From Macrotis lagotis (taxonomy: Eukaryota): DNA of 64,000 bases. Below are positions 13,945-25,650 of the stretch, piece after piece. The notes beneath the pieces are model-generated. The model was not told the DNA's origin. It made no database searches and saw nothing but the letters and a program-made list of their open reading frames with translations. Position 1 is the first letter of the stretch. Each line of letters opens with the position of its first letter. The stretch lies in contig NC_133661.1 of the NCBI RefSeq assembly GCF_037893015.1, positions 187,322,809 to 187,386,808 of the forward strand, written 5' to 3'. A program made the position numbers and the translations under genes.

Positions 13945-14544
13945 GTCCACAGGAAGATTTTGACAGTGGGCTGGGGATGGGGAGAGAGCCATTGACCAAG
14001 TTATTAATTTTTTAAAAATTCCTAAAACCCCCTCACATATATTAATCTGACTTCCCCATCACCAGATATAAATTTAAGTATCAAAGCTAATGTGGGGTAT
14101 CTGGAAGAGAGGAGATAACAGCAAACCACACCCCTGATTTTCCCAGCTAGAATTGACTTAATATGGTTCAAGCTCTTGGCCATATTAAGCTGTAAGGATA
14201 ACATCAGTTCAAGTTCATGCAGACCAGTTCTGGATAGCAATCGAAAATTTTCTGCTTTCAACTTTTAGATTGAAGGTGGATTTGGTTTTTAATTAGTAAG
14301 GGGCCTTGTCAGAGGAGGAGGCATGGCCCTGGGCAAAGCTGGGAGGCAGAAGTCCAGCACCAGAAAAAGAAAACTTCCTTGTCTCAGGTCCACACCTAGC
14401 CCAGGTTAAAGGATGGAGCTCAGCATGGGAAGGGCTGTATCTCTGATACAGGTAAGTGCTAAGATATTTGTTTATATTCTCTAACTGATTAACTTGTCTA
14501 AATATCCATCTCTCTTTGGGGATAATAAATTCTTGATAGCCAAG

Positions 14545-15010
14545 CTCTTTTTTCTTCAGAAAGTTTTTATTAATTTTTGAGTTTTACAATTTTTCCCCCA
14601 TTCTTGTTTCCCTCCCCCCACCCCCCCACAGAGGGCATTCTGTTAGTCTTTATATTGTTTCCATGATATACATTGATCTTAGTTGAATGTGATGAGAGAG
14701 AAATCATATCCTTAAGGAAGAAAAATAAAGTATAAGAGATTACAAAATTACATAATAAGATAGCGGGTTTTTTTTACTAAATTGAAGGTAATAGTCTTTG
14801 TTCTTTGTTCAAACTCCACAATTCTTTCTCTGGCTACAGATGGTATTCTCCATTGCAGATAGCCCAAAATTGTCCCTGATTGTTGCACTGAAGGAATGAG
14901 CAAGTCCATTAAGGTTGATCATCACCCCCATGTTGCTGTTAGGGTGTATGATGTTTTTCTGATTACAATGTTTTTCTGGTTCTGTTCATCTTGCTTTCTG
15001 AGTACTTCTG
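14545..15010 (-). mobile_element. LINE-1 3'-end fragment (antisense).
   Basis: Reverse complement of the L1 3' terminus (gttttacaatttttccccc...cctcccccc...ctgttagtctttat...gatgagagagaaatcatatcc...) seen in other copies in this window. Confidence 0.7.
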
Positions 15011-15208
15011 TGACTTAGGAGATCTTTGTTGAATCTCTCTGCCCCTGTTTCCACATTTATAAAATGAGAATAATAATGCACCTACCTCCAAAGTCACTGC
15101 CTTTAGCAAAAGACAGTCCCTTGACCTCAAGGAGTTTACAATTTGATGGATGATGCTTTGCTGACTAAATATCTTCCGAAATCAGAAATGACATTCTTCA
15201 GTCTTGTG

Positions 15209-15266
<58 letters not shown>

Positions 15267-15312
15267 GTATCTATCTATCTATCTATGTATCTATCTATCT
15301 ATCTATCTATGT
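15209..15312. repeat. (ATCT)n tetranucleotide microsatellite with ATGT interruptions.
   Basis: About 26 units of atct with three atgt variants. Confidence 0.95.
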
Positions 15313-16780
15313 ATACTTGCCAGTTGAATATAAGTTCTTTGCTGGTGCTGCATTACTTAAAATTCTTACCTCTTGAGAGGCAGAGCTCAGGTGTTAAGCT
15401 GTAGTGGGGGCCTAAATCCAGTCAAGTGTCCTCACTAGGACCAGCCCCTGAGAATGGGGCTACCAGGATAATGTGGGGCGACTTAGCAAAGGTCAGAAAT
15501 AGAGCAGGTCAGAGATCTTTCTTCACCCCAATGGAATCAGAACCACTCTTTCTGTATTTACAGCTTGACAAATCCATCCATATGTGTATGTGTAAACATT
15601 TTTTTAGGATACCTATTTGAGGAATGTTTTTCATTTTTGATATTTAATAGAATTTAAGTTAGACTACTGAGTCTTCATTTTATCTACAATGGAATGTTAG
15701 TGACAGTGGAGTTAATAAAATACTTGTCTGAGAGATGATGTCAAAACTGAAAGATAATCCTGATATAAATTCCATTGATTTGATTTTTCCCTTCAATTTA
15801 GTACATCATCTAAAAGGAAAGAAAGTCAATGTTTCAGTCTGTTTCACATGATTTTTAGCTCCTGACACCAAGAAACCTTTGCCTATTGCCATCTTATAGC
15901 ATGTTTCAGAGCTTCATGGTTCTATCTCATTTTGTCTACATAAAAAGGGGAAGTTTTCAGTTTATATACAGAAAGAGGCTCTGTCCCTGTCATGATAGGT
16001 ATTTAATAAATAGCAATCCTTGGATTAGTAAAACTGAAAGTATTAAAATGTTTGGTCAGTGAATTGTAACTTACTTGAATATTGTATTTTACTGAATAAA
16101 ACTACTTTCACTGTTGGGTCTTTTGGGTATGTATATATATATATATATATATTTGTGTTTGAAAGTATGCTGTCTTTGCTCAGGCATGTTAAACTAATAA
16201 CTTTGCAATTTTTAGCTAACTTTTATATTTGGCTCCTAAGCAACATAGCCATTAGCATTTAGTGTGATTCATGGCCAATGAATCAGTATTGAACATTTGA
16301 TTCAAGATTAAAAAGCTCATCCAGAAAAGTGACTGAAATGTCTTTGAAACAATTTTTATGATTTAAATGAGGGTGTGGCACAGTGTAGTGCACAGTCTCA
16401 TTTTCATATATGTGGTCTCATTTCCTAGAAGCTTCAAAGAGCTACCACCAGTTTTAATGTGAATGACTGCAAGGCAGAAGCTGCACTTGTATCCGAGGTG
16501 AGTTCAAAGGAAGGTTCTACCTTCCCCTTGGATGATCAAGTCTTCTGACTCAGTGATGGAGGGGAGGGAGCACTCAGTACATCTGACCAAGTTGTGAGCA
16601 GCTTGGGGAAGTACCTTGTTTCACGATCTTCTGTCCTCTGGTTTGGGGCTTTACATTTCCATTGAATGAGTAGGTCATAAATCTGGATGAGTGAGAACCT
16701 TTTTTGTCACTTTTGAAGCTAAAGGGCTTATTTTGAGTTCATTAGAAACCTCTAGAAGTTAATGTCACACACATAAAGTG

Positions 16781-16853
16781 TCTGCCATGATGAAATGCAT
16801 TTCCAGTCCGTGTTTCAACTGATTACCATGATTGCACGCATACTCTGAGCAGA
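16781..16853 (+). ncRNA. C/D-box snoRNA candidate with canonical box order C-D'-C'-D. It carries an antisense element to conserved 28S rRNA and is probably SNORD126-like, intronic in a CCNB1IP1 host transcript.
   Basis: 5' stem TCTGC. C box cATGATGA at 16787-16793. Guide gtccgtgtttcaa immediately 5' of the D' box CTGA. A C'-like motif cATGATtg. D box CTGA at 16845-16848. 3' stem GCAGA, giving a perfect 5-bp terminal stem with the 5' stem. 73 nt long. Same strand as CCNB1IP1 and about 9.4 kb upstream of its ATG exon. Confidence 0.6.
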
Positions 16854-17519
16854 CTAGAGCCAGAGGTGAACATTTTAGAAAAGGAGGTTGGTTTTGTTCC
16901 TAGACTCTTGGGTTTGGTTAGTGGGCTATATGCCAATTCTAATTTTCTTGTTTATAATATCATAGTGTAGATTTGACTGGTACCAACTTCCCTTCTAAAA
17001 GGAGACATTATTCCTTTTAAAAATGAATGACATCTTGACAATTAGGTAGAAATAATGAAAGAATGAATGAAAAAACTTTAAACAGTTGCTTTATAAATCA
17101 GCATTTTGATAAATGCTAGGGAAACATGACTTGACAAACATCAATAATCATGAACCTTTTCATATTCATGTAGTTATAAGAAATACAATCTTAGGAAAAT
17201 ATGTAATAACTGTTTCATTGACACTTTTTGGTCATTACTATCACTTCCATGTAAAAAATGAATACTGCTTTCTTCTAACAAGTATAGTCAAACAAAGCAA
17301 ATCATATGTTTCTCATATCTGAAAATGAAATAAGTTTGCATCTTCTACTCTTGGCCAAGAGGTATAAGCTCATTATGTCAGTTTTCTATAATTACTGCCA
17401 TTTCATCAATATTCTTTCTAAAAGATCAAGACAGCCCCTTGAGGAAGATGGGCTTAAGTTGACCTCATTTGTATTCTTGGGGAGAAAATCAAGGTGGGAT
17501 TATGTGAAAATGGTCTCAC

Positions 17520-17770
17520 TCATTTTTTTTATTTGGATTTTTTTTACAATTTCCCCCCTAATCTTGCTTCCCTCCCCCCCCCCCAGGTCTCACTCATTTT
17601 TAAAAATTACATTTTTTCCATTTACATGTATCCCTTTGCAAGCTTTTGAATTCCATAGTTTTCTACCTTCTGCCCTTCTCTTTCTCCTCTAAATGACAGC
17701 AAGCAATTTGATATGTTGTACATGTGCAATCATGCATGTTTCCATATTAATCATGTTGCAAGAGAAGAAT
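17520..17770 (-). mobile_element. LINE-1 3'-end fragments (antisense). This includes a 60-bp mini-insert flanked by a 16-bp TSD, ggtctcactcattttt.
   Basis: The L1 3' terminus motif ttttttacaatttcccccctaatcttgcttccctcccccccc sits between direct repeats ggtctcactcattttt at 17513-17528 and 17587-17602. Confidence 0.5.
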
Positions 17771-19215
17771 TTAGAGCTAAGGGGCTTAGAGGAAAGTGGA
17801 AATCACAGTACTAACATTTGAATAATAATTTTTTGTAGCTTTTGGCCTTTTCTTTTGTAGCAAAAAAGCTGAAGATGTAAACAAATTCACTTTGACCACC
17901 TGCTTAGTAGTAGAAGTCATTATTTTAAGTCCGAGTGACAGCTGCTTGGTCTCTCCTTATGGTAAGTTTTTTTTAGAATTTAGAATTTAGAATTTAAAGA
18001 AAAATTATTAATTGAATGTTTTGACTTCGTAAATTTAAAATGGATAGAGCAAAGAGGTTGAGTGGCACTGGATCTTAGAAGCTCCCCTCACCTACATCAC
18101 AACCAAATCCTTGATGATATATACTGATGCAGCTTTGGATGGCTTGGGAGAATTTTTCTATCCAGAAAGTGATGGTTACCAAAATGTTGTTGGCAATTAT
18201 TAGTAAAGGACTTTATAGTAATTCAACTTGCTAACCTATACACAGGTATAATTTTAAATTTTTGAAATGGACTGTCACTGAAAAGTTTGGGTTTTACACG
18301 TATGTAGCAAATTTCAAGTGTGAATGGACAACCAATGACCAGTGGGGGTTATGACCTGCTGGAAATAGCAGCACTGGCAATCATCTTTAGTTCAGTTTTA
18401 TCTTTTGAAGTTTGGCCAAGAGTATAAATATGTGATGATGGAATATGGGGAATAACACAAGTAGTAAAGTTATATTTAACCTTTGAGGACATGATTCAGA
18501 GGGGTATTATTACTATTAAGACTGTGGCAGAAGTTGGAATGCTTCAAATGGGGTGTTAATACTGGACTGGAACTGAATCTACATACCATGTCACAAAAGT
18601 TCATACTGACTTGTGAAATTTACCTTCTAGCCATGAAGGCATTTTGTGAGGACATTTTAGTCATTAGAGAACTATTGAAAGATGATTTTTTTTGAAGGCC
18701 CTAAATGGTAACTGAAGTTTATTTTAAATATATAACCTGTGCTTATTATATTCAGAGGAAAGTTTTGTAATTTGAGTGGCATATTTGGAAAGAGTTAACA
18801 CTGTAAAACCAATGGAGTTTTAAGTCATCGTTTTTTCATTTTTTTAAGGAGATAGTTAAAAATCTGAAGCATATACTAAGAGTAATTTAAGAAATTAAAG
18901 GGAAAATTGACCAAAAATATTCATGCTGGATAGCTAATGTTTATTAAAAAAAGTATCTTTACATTTTTTTGCACTTATAATTTGTTTGGAAAGCAGAAAG
19001 TTGTTAGGAGAGGGTCACAATGAGTGTTTAAAGAAAATAGACTCAAGTTGAATTTAGAAGATGAAAATTTTGTTTGACCATTTCTTTAAATTTCTTTAAA
19101 TCCTTGATGGAATAATTTTTGGCAACAATCACCCTTTTCCACCCTCCTCTTTTTTAGTTAAATTTATTTTCCCTTCATTCCATCTTCTCTTCATCATTGG
19201 AAAACAACAAAAAAG

Positions 19216-19217
<2 letters not shown>

Positions 19218-19267
<50 letters not shown>

Positions 19268-19316
19268 ATATATATATGTATATATATACATATATATACA
19301 TATATATACATATATG
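19218..19316. repeat. Compound (TA)n(TG)n(TA)n microsatellite.
   Basis: tatatata...tgtgtgtgtgtgtgtg...tatatatatgtatatatatacatatatata... Confidence 0.95.
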
Positions 19317-20515
19317 GTTAAGCAAAACAAATTTCCATATTGGTCATGTTAAAAAGGTCTATTTTCTACTGTCAGTTACTGAGTCATCACTCCTGTTCAG
19401 AGAGGGTTAGCATGCATTTTATTGGTCCTCTGGAATCATGGTTGGTTTTTGTGTTCATCAGAGTTCAAATTTTTCATTTTCTAGATCTTTGCCCCTGAGA
19501 AAAAGTGCTACTAGTATAGGTCTACCAGAGGTTACTACATGTCCCTTAATAATTTCTGTAATACGTCAATATTTATTACATTAATATATTGTATCATAAT
19601 TTGCTCAGCCCTTCTCCAATTAATAGGTACCCTTAGTTTCCAGTTCTTTGTCCATATAAAAATTATTTTTAAAAAATTTGTTTTTAAAAGTTGAGTTGAA
19701 CATTGTAGGTAACTTTTCATTAATTTCTTTAGGGGGATAATGTATTTACTGAGACAATTTAGTAATTTTTTGGAGGGGTTCCAAATTATTTTTCAAATAA
19801 AGTGGACCAATTTACAACTATCAATATTTTATTAAATAGTGTGACATTCAGAAAGTGAGAATTAGAATCTCAGTTGCTTTGCTTTTCTCTAATAGTGATT
19901 TGGAGCATTTTTAAAAAAATATGGCTCATGAGAGCTTAGAGTGGTTTCCTTGAAAATTGTTGGTTTGTATTCTTTTACTATTTTAATAATTTTGACAATA
20001 TGTCCTTATTTTTAATACCCAGTGAATTCATAAGAAAGTAGTTTTGTTGAGATCCAGATGGCTGTTCCTCTCATTGCTTTGAGGTTCGTCAGTGGGGTTT
20101 TAGGCCATCACAGATCAAATTTGGTCTTTCTTCACTCAGGGCACCATTGGATGGATTGGCCATCTGTTAGTGCTTTCTGAATTTTGCGGGACCAGACATT
20201 TATAGGGCTAATCTGATCTAATCACATGGGTTACTCCTACTTATAATTGAGGCAGTTGATCTTTCAAATAAAAGGTAATTCATATCTCAATCCTAAGGGG
20301 GGGAGGGCAAGGAACTAGATTAAATTGAACTAGCAGTTAAAACTTAATTATGGTGTAGTTTTGCATTATATTCATGTAAACTGACTTATGTACTTTTATA
20401 GATTTAATTATTTGAAAGATTGTTTTTTTGATTTTTTAAAAATTTTTTTTCAGAATGAAGATAGCAGATTTTCACCAACAGCTGTAAATGGATGAATCAT
20501 CTTGCATAAGAACCT

Positions 20516-20676
20516 GATAAAATTTCTTTAGATTTTCTTTTGCAAGGCAATGGGGTTAAGTGATTTGCCCAAGGCCACACAGCTAGGTAATTATTAAGTG
20601 TCTGAGGCTGGATTTGAACTCAGGTACTTCTGACTCCAGGGCCAGTGCTCTATCCACTGAGCAACTTGGCCACCCC
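20516..20676 (-). mobile_element. SINE (antisense). TSD gataaaatttctt.
   Basis: ttgcaaggcaatggggttaagtgatttgcccaaggccacacagctagg...ccactgagcaacttggccacccc. Direct repeats flank the element. Confidence 0.85.
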
Positions 20677-21634
20677 CGATAAAATTTCTTAATATTTGAT
20701 ATTGTCAATTAGCTCTGTAAATTAACCAATTTTAAAATTAATAGTATTTGGATATGCTTTGAACATTTTTCTTTATGGGATACTTTTAAATGAAACAACT
20801 ACGTATAACTTATATTTTATAACTTGGAACTTAATAAGTTCATTATAATTACATGTCTAACTAGGAGAGTCGATGGAACTCAGCTCCCAGAAATAACTAT
20901 TTTGTTTCTACCTAATTTGAGCATGGTATTCCTAGGTGACTAAAATGCTTACTTTGTGATGTGTGTGTACCCTATATAACAAGTTCAGGAGTGCTTTTTC
21001 TCCATGTGAGAGACTTCATTATTACTATGTGAAAGGTTTTGCTTAATGTTCAAAAGGAAGCATTTCCATTCTAATATATACTAAGTAGCTAAGTAGCTTT
21101 CCTGTACGTTTTATGTAAGATTAAGTAGCATATAAAATTTTCAGAAGGCTATTTATTTGTCTTGTTTTGATCCCTATCAAAAAAGAACACATTTGAACAT
21201 TGTCAAAAGTAGGCTTGAAAATTAGGTTATACTTAACAATACATTTAGTATTTGACAGTGTTTTATTTTTAATTGGATCAAATTTCCTTCGTCAGAGCAA
21301 CTTGGAAAATTTTAAAGGAAGAATATTTCAAATTAGTAAAAAGTAATGATAATAAAGAATGAAACATTGAGGCTTGTGAGTTAAAATCTCACTGATCTTT
21401 CCTATCAAAAAATCACCTTTACAACTCTTACACCCCTTTTGAATATTATAGGGATCTTGGTTTGCATCACTTGTCTTTTTCCATGTCCTTCAATGGTCAT
21501 TCTTATTGTATGCTTATTTACAAAGGAAAATAAAAAAGTCCTTCATGATGGTTCCAGTTGATCTCTTCCAATATGTTGTACTGTCATATTTGAGAAAGTA
21601 TGTATATGGATGAGCTCAAATGGATGTAATTCTT

Positions 21635-21786
21635 TTTTTTTTTTTAGTTTTTGCAAGGCAATGGGGTTAAGTGGTTTGCCCAAGGCCACATGGCTAGGTA
21701 ATTATTATGTGTCTGAGGCTGGATTTGAACTCAGGTACTCCTGACTCCAGGGCCGGTGCTCTATCCATTGCGCCACCTAGCTGCGC
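21635..21786 (-). mobile_element. SINE (antisense). 17-bp TSD aaatggatgtaattctt.
   Basis: Poly-T then agtttttgcaaggcaatggggttaagtggtttgcccaaggccacatggctagg...ccattgcgccacctagctgcgcc. TSD copies at 21618-21634 and 21789-21805. Confidence 0.9.
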
Positions 21787-23708
21787 CAAAATGGATGTAA
21801 TTCTTAAACAGAGAGGAAACATGACCCCCCCCCCTTTTACTGCAGGTAAAATTGGCTAGTCTTCTCAATTATGGAAGATGGGAGGAGACTAGAGACAATT
21901 CTATTACAAAGCTAATGCCAGAGTCCAAGATCTGAACCATGGCAGTTCCTAAGAGAAGGGGATGGATGCAAACTTTGTTGTGGAGATGTATTGAGAAACA
22001 CAGAACCTGCTGGGTTATTAGGGTCAGGGGGGAGGTAGGTAAGGATAATGTGAAAAGTTGTTTTTGAACATGGTAACAGTGGTGTCCTCAGCAGAAAATT
22101 CTGGAGGAGGGATGGATTTTTTTGAAACGCCAGATGAGATGAATTGTTTGGGCATATTGAATTTGATATCAATTGGCCATCCAGGTAGAGATCTTCATCA
22201 GGTTATGTTTGGGAAATGTGGACTAGATCTACAAATTTAGAAGAAAATAAAAAAGGTAGAATCAAGAAATCCAAAAGGTAGCTAGAACAGGACCCTGATC
22301 TGAGCCTTGGAAGGAGAAGGCACATGGGATCAAGAACACACATGGGATATAACTCTTAAGACAAAGAACTATTGCCTCTTCAAAGATAGAACAATGGAAG
22401 AAGTAGGGTAATCTGCAGAGGAGTTTTGGTTACCTTTTGTTTAGTGATTTGAATTAATTAGGAGTGGAAGTTACTGCTGAAAGGATGGGGAGTGTCTTAA
22501 GGACACTTAAGGAGAAGGTAGGTTTGGAATGTGTTGAGGGATATATGATAAATCATGGGAAAAGAAAATGGCTTCACTGAAGGGGAGAGATGATACCTCT
22601 AGAAGTTCACCTCCATAGTATGGCAGGGAGATTGAAAATCATGCCATATGCTTGAAGAATCTAATCCCAACTCTGGTCCTGAATCAAGTCTCAACCTGCA
22701 TGGCCCATTAGCTTATCAAAAGTCTGTCTGAAATGGACACTACTACCAAAAATATATATCTCTCCTTTTGTTAAGGGCGCTACCATTCTTCCATTCTTGT
22801 CACATCCTGGTGTATAAATTTATAATTATCCTTAATTCTTCACTATCTCATTCTCAACCAATACAGCCACCATTTTAGTTCAGGTATTTAGATTTGCCTG
22901 GAATATTTGCAAGGTTTCCTGCCTTTCCCCGCTTCATATAGCTGTCAAAATATCTTCCTAAAGTACAATAGCTTGATTAAATTCCCTTTAATAAGAAGGT
23001 ATTCTGGCTTTCCCCTTAAAGTGAGTCCCTTCCATCTATTACCTGATTTAGCCTCTATATATCTTTTTTTTGCATTAAATTGTGTGCATATTTTCTCTCC
23101 CCAAGACTAGGCTTCTTGAGAGCAGATTGTTTTTAGTTGTTATACCACAGTAATTGTTTAGTCCAGTTTTGCTGGGCTCTTTGTGACCTCAGTTGAAGTA
23201 TTTTGGCAAAGATGCTGGAATGGTTTGCTATCTTCTTTTCCAACTCACTTTACCATTGAGGAACTCGGGCAAACAGGATTAAGTATCTTGACCAGGGTCA
23301 CAACAATAAATTTCTGAGGCCTGATTTGAACTCAGGAAGAGGAGAATTCTTGAGTCTAGGTCCAGCTCTGTGCATTGCCACACTTAGCTGCCCCTAGTAT
23401 GCAGCAGTGCTTAATAAAGCTTGTTGATGACTTAGAAAAAAGGACAATTATGGCATAAAATTTGGAGAATTTCTCATCTTGCTACTGGAATTTTACTGGG
23501 TCTAGGTTTTGGCCAAGTCACTTCCTGGTTATCTTAACCATGCCACCTCAATGTCTTATCTATAAAATTAAAGGATTCTACCAGATGATATCCCAAGGTC
23601 CTTTTCCAGATCTAAAAATTCCATGTTGGGATGACTTGCTCTATGAACACGTTAGCAATGAATCATATAAAAAGTGTAAACTTGTCCCTAGCATTAGTCA
23701 TGGATATG

Positions 23709-23960
23709 TAGCAGCTGGGTGGATGGAGCACTGGTTCTGGAGGATCCAAGTTCAAATTTGACCTCAGACACTAGCCACTAGCTGTGTGACCGTGGGCAAG
23801 TTACTTAACCCTAGCTGCCTCCAATCCAGAACCATCTCTAGGTCCTTCCTGACTGATAACTGGTCACTGGATCCAGATGACCGGAGGAGAAAGTGAGGCT
23901 GGTGACTCGCTCAAATCCAGGGGTCATGACATCATCCCTGATGTCATGGTCCTTCAAGAA
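23709..23960 (+). mobile_element. Longer tRNA-derived SINE of a different subfamily (sense).
   Basis: gcagctgggtggatggagcactggttctggaggatccaagttcaaatttgacctcagacactagccactagctgtgtgaccgtgggcaagttacttaacc... followed by an extended body. Confidence 0.5.
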
Positions 23961-24229
23961 CGAAGGACAAACAACAGCAGCAGTTATAAACAACCTTAAT
24001 GAATTTAGTAGAGGAAAGAGACTAGTAAAACCAGAAATTCAAATGCGCCCTTCAGGGCTTATTTATTAAGCTCCTACCTGAGAGGCAAAAAATTAAACAG
24101 GTTGATATGGTAGATTTGTGCTAAAATCTAGGAAGTTGGATGAATATTGGTGCAAAAGGTGAATGACAGAAAATGAGTACATCAGAGGGGGAAACTCATT
24201 CTGAAGACTAGAGCTTTGTCTCTAACAAG

Positions 24230-24700
24230 TAGCTTTGTTTCGCTGAGCCAGTGACAGCAGGGGGCCATGGCGCACGCGCAGTACGAAACCCGTGTTGTGG
24301 GCGAGAGGGCGCATGCGTTGCTCGGCCGGTGGGGGAGGGAGGGGAAGAAGAGGAAGCGACGCTCGTTGCGGCCGAGGGCGTCGTGCCGGCCACGGTGCTT
24401 TCCCGTGTTTCCTCTTCTGGCGGGCTCAAGTAAAGATTTATTTTTTTTTCGTTTCGTTGGTTCGAAGTTGCGATGACGTGTTGAAAAACTGGCCCGCCCT
24501 CAGTCCAGTCCCGCCCCCTCCCCGGGCCGTTCTGGAAAGCGCGCCTCCTTCGGGCAGGGCGCCACGGCGCCGCCTCCCCTCCCCCACAGCAGGCCTCAGG
24601 CGGAGGCCTGGCCGGCATTTACCTCAGGCCCCCGGCTCTTGCCGGCCCGAGCCCGTGGGGCAGGATTGGAAGGAGAGTCGCTACTGAAAAAGCTGAGTAG
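24230..24700. promoter_or_regulatory. CpG island about 1.5 kb upstream of the CCNB1IP1 ATG exon. It is a candidate promoter or non-coding first exon.
   Basis: Dense CpG and high GC content (gcgcacgcgcagtacg...ggccgagggcgtcgtgccggccacgg...cgggcagggcgccacggcgccgcc) in otherwise AT-rich, CpG-depleted sequence. No conserved ORF. Confidence 0.5.
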
Positions 24701-25384
24701 GATTCTAGTTCTAGAGCTGGAAGGACCCAGTGAGGCCTTCCTACCCAACCCCCTCTTTTTACAGCCCAAGAAACAGGTCAGTCTAGGAGTTAGAATTGGA
24801 AGGGACTTTAAAGGCCCAGCCCCGTAGCCTCCTCTGACCCCCCCCGCTCCCGCCGAGGAGAGGAAAGTCCAAGGAGGTGATGACTTGCCCAGGGTCTTCA
24901 GGTGGTCTTCAACTTGAAAGGTGGATTTGATGGGACCCAGATCCTCCGGTTTTTAACAATTTTATGAATCGAATTGAAAGTTGAGCTGCCTACTCAGTCA
25001 GTAGGGCATGCCCCAATAGCTCCCGTGGGACCCTGCTAGATGGTGAGGGCCTTTAAATGGGAAGACATGCAACTTGAAACCAAGCATGATTTTTGGCAAA
25101 ATATATCAGTTTCTATTTTTAAAAAAGTCTCATTTCAGTCAGTTTGGTGTTTTAGTTAAGAGATGTGGATGAGAGTGGGGTGTGTAGGCCTATCTTGGAT
25201 TGTCATAAAAAAAACTAAGAGAATTAGGTTGAAAGACCCCTGAATAAAATGTATCCAGATTTGGGATGAAATACCAGCCGTGTGGTCAGCCAGCAACTCT
25301 ACTGTTAATTATGCTGCTAAATAAATGTGTTTAGTTTCTGTGGGCCTCCTGGATAAAAGTATTGGGTTTTCTTCATGACAGTGT

Positions 25385-25650
25385 GATATAGGAGGAAAGG
25401 AGGGAAATAAACATTTATTAAATGTTAGCTATGTGTCAGGCACTTGCAAAACATCTCTGATCCTCCCAACAACCCTATGAAGTTGGTGCTATTAGTGTCC
25501 TCATTTTAATAGCTAGAGAAACTGAGGCAGAGATAAATGACTTGACTAGGGCCAAATAAGTGTCAGAGGCAGAATTTGAACTCAGTTCTTCTTGATATTA
25601 AGTTCAATACTCTTATTTACTGTGTCACCTAGCCAATCAAAAAAGGAAAA
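25385..25650 (-). mobile_element. MIR-like SINE (antisense). Further MIR fragments at about 25660-25800 and 25840-25960.
   Basis: ...gtcctcattttaatagctagagaaactgaggcagagataaatgacttgactagggccaaataagtgtcagaggcagaatttgaactcag... Confidence 0.55.

Noticed and set aside
17306-17692. + strand ORF of 128 aa.
   Set aside because: Spans L1 3'-end fragments and a poly-C/poly-T tract. The hydrophobic low-complexity translation has no homology.
1-24000. Expected human-neighbour genes RPPH1 (RNase P RNA) and PARP2 upstream of CCNB1IP1.
   Set aside because: I searched by eye for conserved RPPH1 motifs (GGGAAGCTCATCAG, CTAACAGGGCTCTCCCTGAGCTTC) and for PARP2 exons. None were found. The first 11 kb is almost entirely L1 and SINE. 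They presumably lie outside this window or are arranged differently in this species.
24208-24827. ORFs of 130-136 aa on both strands in the 24.2-24.8 kb CpG island.
   Set aside because: GC-rich, mutually overlapping, low-complexity translations with no recognisable domain. Better explained as CpG-island promoter sequence.
24868-24950. C-box-like GTGATGA in aggaggtgatgacttgcccagggtc... with a possible complementary tcctcc downstream.
   Set aside because: The motif is part of an old MIR-like SINE fragment (tgacttgcccagggtc...gatttga...cccagatcctcc). There is no D box CTGA at the proper distance. Unlike the 13.9 and 16.8 kb elements, there is no second conserved copy.
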